Of a stretch of DNA of 55,241 nt, positions 45,656 to 55,241 are shown piece after piece (position 1 is the first letter of the stretch; each line of letters begins with the position of its first letter). This DNA is from Acidimicrobiales bacterium (GTDB lineage: Bacteria > Actinomycetota > Acidimicrobiia > Acidimicrobiales > AC-14). Both the position numbers and the translations under genes were made by a program. A model generated the notes under the pieces. That model was not told the origin of the DNA, searched no databases, and saw only the letters and a program-made list of their open reading frames with translations. The DNA is taken from contig JBOGID010000565.1 in the NCBI GenBank assembly GCA_050742295.1, positions 1 through 55,241 of the forward strand, in the 5' to 3' direction.

Positions 45656-46581
45656 TCAGGGCTTGGCGCCGGCCGGAGTCCCGTTGGCGTGATCGAGTCC
45701 CGGCGGGTTCGGCGAGTTGCCCTTCCCCGATTCCGGTCCTCGGGTCGGGTCCGCCGCCTCGGCCCCGCCCGGTGTCCCGTTGGTGTGGTCGGGCCCCGGT
45801 GGGCTCCCTGCCTTTCCGCTCGCCTGCCCCGATTGCGGCGCGGGACCCTCGGTCTCGCCGTCGGCCGGCGTCACGCCTGAGGCGCCGTTGCCGTTCCCCT
45901 CACCCGACTGCGGCGCGGCGCTCTCGGTGTCGGCGCCCGCCGGCGTCCCATCCGTGGCGCCGTGAGCCGCAAGCTCCCGGCGTCGCCGTTCCCCTGCCCC
46001 GGTCCCGGACTGCCGCGTCGACGTGCGGGGTCCGATGGCGCGTCCGCAGCCTCGTTGGCCGGGGTCCGGTTGGAGTCGTCAAGGCCCCGGGCGGACTCCC
46101 CGAATTGACGTTCGCCTGGCCCCCGGACGGCGCGGGGTGCACGGCCTCACCATTTCCCGGTCCTGGCGGCTCCCTGTGTTGGCGTCCCCGAGCGGCGAGC
46201 CCGCTCGCGCCGGGTCCGCACTCTGGCCACCGGCCGGCGGCGGCGGCAGCGACGCCGAGCCCCAGACCGAGCTTGGCTGCCAGCCCCAGCGCCGCGAGCC
46301 TGGCCGGAAGCTCGGTCGAGCGCTGGCCGCCCCCTGTTTCCTCGCCGACGAGCTAGATGGCTGGTCGGACGTGGGCGACGAGCCGGCGGCAAGCAGCGTG
46401 GCGAGAGCCGTTCGGACCACCGGCGCGGGCCTGGTGGCGATGGCACCGAGGTCTTCGACGAACGGGGCGAGCCACTCGAACGCCGACGTTGGCGACAGCG
46501 CCCATCCAAGAGGGCCTCGAGCGTTCGATCGTCGAGGGTCTCAACAGCCATGTCGTGAATGTCACCGTCGAAGTCGGTCAT
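45656..46581 (-). pseudogene. Anti-sigma-factor-like membrane protein with Pro/Gly-rich repetitive C-terminus; several frame switches
   Basis: ATG 46581 overlaps the sigma-factor stop (ATGA): MTDFDGDIHDMAVETLDDRTLEALLDGR. A TM helix (LAALGLAAKLGLGLGVAAAAAG) and repeats such as SPNPPGLDHANGTPAG / SPPGPDHTNGTPGG lie in other frames. Confidence 0.45.
45660..46140. repeat. Degenerate tandem repeat, period ~96 bp (about 5 copies)
   Basis: GTTGG(c/t)GTG(a/g)TCG(a/g)G(t/c)CCCGG(c/t)GGG occurs near 45683 and 45779, and a related GTTGGAGTCGTCAAGGCCCCGGGCGG near 46068 (offset about 3 x 96 bp). Weaker copies lie between them. Confidence 0.5.
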
Positions 46582-47173
46582 TGCGATACCGGGTCCAGGT
46601 CGAGTGCGTTCCGGAGGTTGGCCAGCCCCCGACGCTGCAGCGCCTTGACGGCGGTGGCCGACGTGCCCAACGCCTCGGCGATGGCCTCGATGGTGAGGCC
46701 GGCCATGAGGCGCACGAGGAGCACATCGCGCTGGTCGGCGGGCAACCTCTCGCAGAGGGTCCGCACGCGCTCGTCGCTCAAGCTCTGGAGGGCGTCGTCC
46801 TCGCTGTTGTTCCCGACGGTGCGGAGCAGAGCGCGGTCGTCGCCGACCTCACACGGTCGAGGGTCCCTTCGCCGCCGATCGTCCACGAGTCGGGAATGGG
46901 CGACGGTGCAGATCCAGGTCTGAGGCTCGGAACTTGTCCTCGTTGCCCGTAAAACGACCCGATCCGGGTCAGGACTCCCAGGAACACCTCGTTGGCGAGG
47001 TCATCGGGGTCGGAGGCTCCTTGGACCCGGAGGTACCCGGCCACAGGGGGCGCCATGGCTTGATACAGCCGCTCGAGGGCCCAAGCCGCCCCGGCCTGGG
47101 CGGCGCACAGCAGGTCGTCGAAGCCAGGCCCAACCCGGCCCGGGCGGGCAACGGAGCCCCGACGACCCGTCAC
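46578..47173 (-). pseudogene. ECF (sigma-70 family group 4) sigma factor with one frame switch
   Basis: Region 2 (FDDLLCAAQAGAAWALERLYQAMAPPVAGYLRV...DDLANEVFLGVL) in ORF 46778-47281. Region 4.2 (LPADQRDVLLVRLMAGLTIEAIAEALGTSATAVKALQRRGLANLRNAL) in ORF 46578-46886. The switch is near 46890. The start is approximate. Confidence 0.7.
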
Positions 47174-47490
47174 GTGTCGCTCGACGGTCTCGACCCCATC
47201 GCACGCGAGCGCGGCCCACAACCTGGGCACCGGACGACGCAGGGTGGCAGGCACCCCGTCATGCCGAAACGCCCGGCGCAACCTCCAAGACGCCGCCCCA
47301 GGCGCACCACCTGGGGACTCCTACCCGAGTTGTTACCACCTCGTGGACGTGCCCGAACGCGAGGATGTCCGCACCCGTATCCCTTTCGGCGCCTCAAGAC
47401 GGTCACCAAGGTGATGGACGATCCGTCCCTCCGTCGAGCCCGAGGCGAAGCCGTGTCGGGCTCACGTCTCCTCCGCCAAACCCAGGTCCG

Positions 47491-47713
47491 ATGACCCTTC
47501 GCACGGAGGATGAGAGATCCGGCGGTGACGATCTCTTGACGATCAGCGACGCCGCCGCAGTGTTCGGTCTCTCTCCGCGGACTCATCGTCCGGTGGGTGC
47601 CGGACGGACGGATTCGCAGCGCCACGGTTGAGGACCAGAAGCTGGTTTGGCGTTCCGACCTGGAAGCCATAGTGAGCCGGCGGCCCGACAAGAACCACGG
47701 CGGCACTGAGTAA
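47491..47713 (+). CDS. Excisionase/MerR-type helix-turn-helix protein, one apparent frameshift
   Basis: ATG 47491. LLTISDAAAVFGLSPRT then (next frame, switch near 47585) IVRWVPDGRIRSATVEDQKLVWRSDLEAIV...NHGGTE, with TAA at 47711-47713. Confidence 0.55.
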
Positions 47714-47756
47714 CCACGGCGGCACTGAGCAACCACGGCGGCACTGAGTAACCACG
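47693..47756. repeat. 19-bp tandem direct repeat, 3.4 copies
   Basis: AACCACGGCGGCACTGAGT (47693-47711), AACCACGGCGGCACTGAGC (47712-47730), AACCACGGCGGCACTGAGT (47731-47749), then AACCACG. The first copy holds the last six codons and the stop of the HTH gene. Confidence 0.9.
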
Positions 47757-47919
47757 CCCGCTCGCCCATGCCGAGGTACTGACGGCCGCCGAACTGGCCG
47801 AGCAGCTGAAGCATTTCGACACGGCAACGCCGTTCTTCCGTTTCGGACCACCCGAGCGCTAACCGCGGCTGGGGCTGGCGGTTGGCTGGCCGTTGGCGAT
47901 TCAGGGAGCGATCGCCCGA

Positions 47920-47959
47920 GCCGGCCGGCGGAGAACCTTCCGGGAAGCCGCCGGCCGGC
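47920..47959. terminator. GC-rich hairpin between the convergent HTH and hydrogenase-like genes
   Basis: GCCGGCCGGCGG (47920-47931) pairs with CCGCCGGCCGGC (47948-47959). On the plus strand it is followed by GTTTGGG. Confidence 0.5.
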
Positions 47960-48000
47960 GTTTGGGCGAGGGGGGGGAACGATCGACCCCAACGCGATCC

Positions 48001-49881
48001 CTATTCGAGCGAGCAGCCGCAGGAGTTGACGTCGCGGACGATCACGCTGCGACCGGTGTCCATGTGCGTTGTGCACGGCATGCACGGGTCGAGGCTCCGC
48101 ACCGCACGGAGGACGTCGATCCCCTTGATCTGGTCCTCGGGGACGGTCTCCAGCAAGGGCGTGCCCACGACCACCTCCTCATAGGGCCCAAGCTGGCCGA
48201 AGGGGTCCGTCGGCGACGCGTTCATCGTCGACGGGGTGGTGATCTGGTAGTTCACGAGCTTGCCGTTGTCGATCTCGTTGTGATGCACGAGCCACCCGCG
48301 GCCGGCCTCCCAGAACCCCACCCCGATGCGGTGGTCCTTGGGGATCCTGAAGGGGGAATGCAGCTTGGTCTCACCCTGTCGCCAGTACTCGAACGACTGG
48401 AGCAGGCAGTTGATGCCGATCGTGGCCTGCCAGCCGACGGCGTAGGCCCGGGCCCGGTTCCGCTCGAGGGCGTTCAGGGTCCTAGGGATGGCCCAGAACA
48501 GTTCGGTCTCGGGAAGCGCATGGCGAGGCAGCAGCATGCGGATGCCGTCCCCGGTGGCCTCGTAGAAGGGGTTCTCGGGGTGCTTCTGGGCCAGGGCCGT
48601 CGTCCACATGCGGCCGTACACCCCCGTCTCCACGACCTTGCGATCCCATCGAAGCGAGGTGTCCCAGGTGTACTTCTCGCGGAAGTTCGTCGCGCTTGGC
48701 TTGGGGATCGTCGTCTTGTTCCAGGGGTGGTAGGGCGACAGGGCGTTCCCCAACGGGTCGGTCTGATGCTTCTGTGGCCCGCTCTGGGTCCAGTCCTCGT
48801 AGAAGGAGTGCTCGACGAACTCCTCGGTGCCGATGTTGATGTCGTGCAGGTTCGTCGTGACGAGCTTGCCGTCGATGACGATGCCGGGGGTGGACCACCT
48901 GGCGTTGCCCCACTGGTTGGCATTGCCGTACGACGCGTCGTAGACGTCGGACTTGTCAAAGATCCCGGTCTGCGCCAGGTTGACCTGGCGGGCCCCGACC
49001 TGCTCGTAGTCCGGATTGGCCTCGTAGAGGAAGTCGACGAGGTCGTCCCAGATGCGGGGCAGGACCTTGGCGAAGTCAACGATCTTGCCCAGCTGGGCGT
49101 AGTACTCGTTGAACGACGACGTGGTGATGGTTGTCGACACGCCGCCCGGGACCAGCGTCGACGGGTGGGGGTACTTGCCGTACATCAGCTGGCACATGAT
49201 CCGCCCCACCCGCGTCCACTCGAGAGCCTCGAGGTAGATCTTGCCGCTGAGGGGGTTCATGGCGTCCATGATGTCTTTGACCGTCGCGTAGCCGTGGATG
49301 TCGGCGTTGGGGGCGAGGGTCTTCTCGGCCCGGGTGACCAGCTCAGGGTTGGTGACCGAGATGAGCGAGGTGGAGTAGTCCGGCCCGGCCAGGAGGCCGA
49401 GGTGCAGCGGGTTGTCGTAGAACATCTCCGCGACCTCACCCAGGTTCCGGACCTCGACGCCGAGGGGCGGCGGCACGATCCCGAACGTCTGCTCCAGGCC
49501 CAAGGCGGACACGGTTGCGTGCACACCACCGCACACACCGCAGGCCCTCGACGAGATGTCGATGGCGTCGCGGGGGTCACGGCCCTGGAGGATGATCTCG
49601 TAGCCCCGGAACAGCATGGCCCGCGAGTGGCACTCGACGGCCTTGCGGTTTTCGAGGTCCAGCACGGTGTGGATGGCGAGGGCGCCGGCCACGCGGGTCA
49701 TGGGGTCGATCGACCACTCCCGCAGGCGGGGCGGGGCGGCCACCTGGGCCCCCGGACCGGGTCGGCGGCGGACGTAGCCCTTGCGCTCCGCCCCCTGGAC
49801 GGCCCACGGGTCTGCGGTCCCCTCGCGCAGCCTGGCCGTTCCCGACGCGTCGAACTCAATGGGTAGGTTCTTGAAGCACAT
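48001..49881 (-). CDS. [NiFe]-hydrogenase large-subunit homologue (divergent, no adjacent small subunit)
   Basis: GGGGAGA precedes ATG 49881. N-terminal metal motif RACGVCGGVH (49519-49548) and C-terminal DPCMPCTTH (48064-48090), followed by a 20-aa tail. The length (626 aa) is typical of large subunits. Confidence 0.85.
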   Translation of the reverse strand: MCFKNLPIEFDASGTARLREGTADPWAVQGAERKGYVRRRPGPGAQVAAPPRLREWSIDPMTRVAGALAIHTVLDLENRKAVECHSRAMLFRGYEIILQGRDPRDAIDISSRACGVCGGVHATVSALGLEQTFGIVPPPLGVEVRNLGEVAEMFYDNPLHLGLLAGPDYSTSLISVTNPELVTRAEKTLAPNADIHGYATVKDIMDAMNPLSGKIYLEALEWTRVGRIMCQLMYGKYPHPSTLVPGGVSTTITTSSFNEYYAQLGKIVDFAKVLPRIWDDLVDFLYEANPDYEQVGARQVNLAQTGIFDKSDVYDASYGNANQWGNARWSTPGIVIDGKLVTTNLHDINIGTEEFVEHSFYEDWTQSGPQKHQTDPLGNALSPYHPWNKTTIPKPSATNFREKYTWDTSLRWDRKVVETGVYGRMWTTALAQKHPENPFYEATGDGIRMLLPRHALPETELFWAIPRTLNALERNRARAYAVGWQATIGINCLLQSFEYWRQGETKLHSPFRIPKDHRIGVGFWEAGRGWLVHHNEIDNGKLVNYQITTPSTMNASPTDPFGQLGPYEEVVVGTPLLETVPEDQIKGIDVLRAVRSLDPCMPCTTHMDTGRSVIVRDVNSCGCSLE

Positions 49882-50021
49882 ATGCGTCTCCCCGTTGTGT
49901 GAATCAGGGGGGTCCCGTCGAGCCGACGTCGAACCGTGCCGCCTTCAGCGACGAGCAACCGGCTCGTCCAGCCTCAGGCGAGGCCTCCCAACACCCACAT
50001 TCTACCCCGCCTGTAGATGTT

Positions 50022-50041
50022 TTTCACACTTATCTGTGAAA
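50022..50041. promoter_or_regulatory. Perfect AT-rich palindrome TTTCACA-N6-TGTGAAA upstream of the hydrogenase-like gene
   Basis: TTTCACACTTATCTGTGAAA lies in the 167-bp spacer, 8 nt beyond the cyclase stop and about 140 nt upstream of ATG 49881. It is the most AT-rich patch in this part of the window. Confidence 0.5.
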
Positions 50042-50048
50042 CGTCTCC

Positions 50049-51199
50049 CTACGCTCCCTGCGCGCCGTGCCGTGCGTCAACAAGCCTGATGGCGGGGGTC
50101 GGGCGCTGGAAGCCGGCAAGCGTGATGTCGCCGAGCATCTCCACGTCGAAGGCGTCCTCGATGGAGGCGCAGAGGCGCTGGGCGATCAGGATCTGGCCCG
50201 GACCTGCCTGTTCGGCGAGGCGGCCCGCCAGGTTCACCACCGATCCGATGGGCGTGTACTCGTAACGACCTTCGAACCCCGACATACCGAGGGTGGCGTA
50301 CCCCGAGGCCACCCCCATGCCGACGTCGAGCTTGTACCCCAGCGATTGCCAGTGGGCCGTGGGCTCGACCATGGCTCCGCGTAGGGCGAGGGCCATCCCC
50401 GCCACCCGGGCCTCGGGGTCGTCGCAAGGAACCGGGTCGTTGAGGTACGCCAGCACGCTGTCGCCGGCTAGGTAGCCGACGGCGGCGCCGAACAGCCGGA
50501 GCACCTCTCCCAGGGCCTCGTAGAAGCTGCCCAGGACACCGAGCAGCTCCTCGGGCTCCGCGGCCTCGATGAACGTGGAGAACCCGTGCAGCTTGCACAG
50601 GCACACCGCGATGAACCTGCGGTGGGGCTTGAGGAAGGCGTCGTCGCCCGACGACAGGACGAGATCGGCCACCTGGTCGGAGAGGAACCGCCGGAGCCGG
50701 CCGAGCCGCTCGATCTCGTCGACCTGATCGGCGACCCGGCGCTCCAGGTCGCGGTTCCAGGCCGCCAGCTCGACCCGCTGGTCCTGGATCAGATCGTGGT
50801 ACCGCTTGATGCGCAGCAACGAGCGGATACGAGCCAGGAACTCGCCGCGGTCGAAGGGCTTCACGAGGAAGTCGTCGGCCCCTGCGTCGAGGGCCGACAG
50901 CTTCTCGTCCGGCCCTTCGGCCGTGATCATGACCACGGGCAGCGCCTGCGTCTCGGGGACGGCGCGGATGCGCCGGCAGACCTCGTAGCCGTCCATGGCC
51001 GGCATGCGGATGTCCAGCAGGACGATGTCGAAGCACTCCTGGGCCAGCAGGTCGAGGGCCCGGCGCCCGTCCTCGGCCAGGGTCGTGCAGTGACCCTCCT
51101 GCTCGAGCATGTGGGAGAGGATGCGGCGGCTCACGGAGTCGTCGTCGACTACGAGCACCGACGCGCCCGGCACCGGGCCGCCGGCCGGTGCCGGTGCCG

Positions 51200-51203
<4 letters not shown>
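50049..51203 (-). CDS. Response-regulator receiver + class III nucleotide cyclase domain (metal-site variant)
   Basis: ATG 51203 overlaps the upstream TGA (ATGA). REC motifs (VLVVDDD, IVLLDIRMPAMDG, VVMITA, LVKPF), a coiled-coil linker and a cyclase domain (AVCLCKLHGFSTF, AGDSVLAYLNDP, EGRYEYTPIGSVVNLAGRL). TAG at 50049-50051. Confidence 0.85.
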
Positions 51204-54050
<2,847 letters not shown>

Positions 54051-54068
54051 AAGGCGCGGCCCATTCGC

Positions 54069-55241
54069 TCACTTCACGTTGAAGGCCCGGACCGGGGCGT
54101 GGAATCCCTTGAGCGAGAGCTCGACTGGGTCGTCGACGTCGAACCTGCCCCGCACCGCCAGGTGGACGCGTCCGCTGATGAGGACCTGGCCGGCGGCGGC
54201 CTGGTCGCACAGCCGAGCCGCCAGGTTGACGACGCTGCCGATGACCCCGTAGTCGTAGCGGCCCTCGAACCCGATCTGGCCGAGGGTGGCATAGCCGAAG
54301 GCCACCCCCTCGGCGAATCCGAGCAGATGGCCCCGCTTGCGCCACTGCGCCAGGGGCACGCTCATGGCGGCGCGCATCTCCACGGCCAGCCGAACCGCCC
54401 GTTCCGCGGGGTCGGGCACGGGAACCGGGTCGTTGAAGAACACCATGAGGCCGTCGCCGGCGAAGAAGCCCACGGCTGCCTCGAACCGGTGGATCAGGCT
54501 CCCGACGGTCTCGTGGTACGCGGCCAGCACCTCCATGACCTCCTCGGGCTCCGCCGCCTCGGCGAAGGCCGTGAACCCCCGCAGGTCACAGAACAGGACG
54601 GCGATCTCGCTGCGATGGGTCGCCAGGACTGCGTCACCAGCAGAGACAACCGCGTCCGCCACCTGGGGCGAGAGGAAACGCCGGAGCTGGGCCAGGCGAC
54701 CGATTTCCTCGACCTGTTGACGTACGCGCGTCTCCAGCGTCTCGTTGAGCTCCGCCAGGGACGCAGCCTGGTCGCGGACGGTCCCGAGCAGGGCCCGCTC
54801 CTGGTCGCGCAGCCGCTTGCGCTCCAGCGACGCGTTGACCCGGGCTTGCAGCAGCACGGGGTCGAAGGGTTTGGGCAGGAACTCATCGGCGCCCATCTCG
54901 ATGCAGTCGACGATCGTCGCCAGCCCCGTCCGGGCCGAGATCATGATGAACGGCGTCTCCTGGAGGCGAGGATCGCCCTGGCGCTCCTCGAGCACCTCGA
55001 AGCCGTTCATCCCGGGCATCACCAGATCGACGAGGACGACGTCGACTGGCTCATCCCGCAGCACGCTCAGGCCCTGCTCACCGCCCTCGGCCACCAGGAC
55101 CCGGTGCCCGAATTCCCTAAGCCACCGCGCAAGAAGGTCCCGACTGGCAGCTTCGTCGTCGACCACGAGGATCGTGGCCGCGGCCGGCGTTGGGGAGGAA
55201 CCGGCCAGGCGCGGAACGACGCGGACGGTCCTCCGCGAGGC
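54069..55241 (-). CDS. Response-regulator receiver + class III nucleotide cyclase; 5' end at or beyond the window edge
   Basis: The frame is open to nt 55241 with no credible start. REC motifs (ILVVDDE, VVLVDLVMPGMNG, FIMISA, LPKPF), linker and cyclase domain (VLFCDLRGFTAF, AGDGLMVFFNDP, EGRYDYGVIGSVVNLAARL). TGA at 54069-54071. Confidence 0.85.
   Translation of the reverse strand, partial: ASRRTVRVVPRLAGSSPTPAAATILVVDDEAASRDLLARWLREFGHRVLVAEGGEQGLSVLRDEPVDVVLVDLVMPGMNGFEVLEERQGDPRLQETPFIMISARTGLATIVDCIEMGADEFLPKPFDPVLLQARVNASLERKRLRDQERALLGTVRDQAASLAELNETLETRVRQQVEEIGRLAQLRRFLSPQVADAVVSAGDAVLATHRSEIAVLFCDLRGFTAFAEAAEPEEVMEVLAAYHETVGSLIHRFEAAVGFFAGDGLMVFFNDPVPVPDPAERAVRLAVEMRAAMSVPLAQWRKRGHLLGFAEGVAFGYATLGQIGFEGRYDYGVIGSVVNLAARLCDQAAAGQVLISGRVHLAVRGRFDVDDPVELSLKGFHAPVRAFNVK

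Noticed and set aside
46340-46370. Second copy of the MITE terminus (CTAGATGGCTGGTCGGA)
   Set aside because: Only the first 9 nt (CTAGATGGC) resemble the MITE end, there is no inverted partner nearby, and the match is within chance expectation.
50022-50041. The palindrome as a canonical CRP site or as the intrinsic terminator of the cyclase gene
   Set aside because: The half-site order is TCACA-N6-TGTGA, the reverse of the canonical TGTGA-N6-TCACA, so I cannot call it a standard CRP box. As an RNA hairpin on the minus strand it would be a weak 7-bp A/U-rich stem followed by A residues, not U. It is kept only as an unassigned operator candidate.

Overview
High-G+C (about 70% by eye) actinobacterial-type chromosomal segment with about 50 recognisable genes. 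I found no rRNA, tRNA or CRISPR array. Left to right: (1) an OLD-family ATPase/Toprim nuclease that runs off the left edge, then a decayed STAND (NB-ARC/TPR) gene. (2) Small cupin and secreted-protein genes and an IS256 transposase remnant. (3) A minus-strand envelope-lipid operon: a flippase-like UPF0104 protein, a PAP2-kinase fusion broken by a ~103-bp MITE, a lipoprotein and a PAP2 phosphatase. It is divergent from an ABC1/UbiB kinase. (4) A 1784-aa secreted protein with seven tandem ~124-aa repeats, each carrying a Cys pair. (5) YceI, transglutaminase-like, MFS, cupin and Cthe_2159-like lipoprotein genes, and a GGDEF-EAL protein. (6) A lower-G+C islet with an RHH-DUF433/DUF5615 toxin-antitoxin pair. 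(7) A decayed two-component pair and a second, decayed lipid module (DAG-kinase-like gene plus a flippase paralogue). (8) Hydrolases, DUF1697, a transpeptidase PBP and an ECF sigma/anti-sigma pair. (9) At the right end, the most unusual locus: an orphan, divergent [NiFe]-hydrogenase large-subunit homologue. It sits next to a cassette of REC-cyclase, XylR_N/V4R hybrid histidine kinase (REC-REC-Hpt) and a second REC-cyclase. About 20 genes show frameshifts, in-frame stops, internal deletions or truncations. The lesions cluster in particular genes while several 2-5 kb genes are intact. That pattern favours real gene decay over assembly error alone, but only reads can settle it. All family calls come from motifs read by eye in the supplied translations; no database search was possible.
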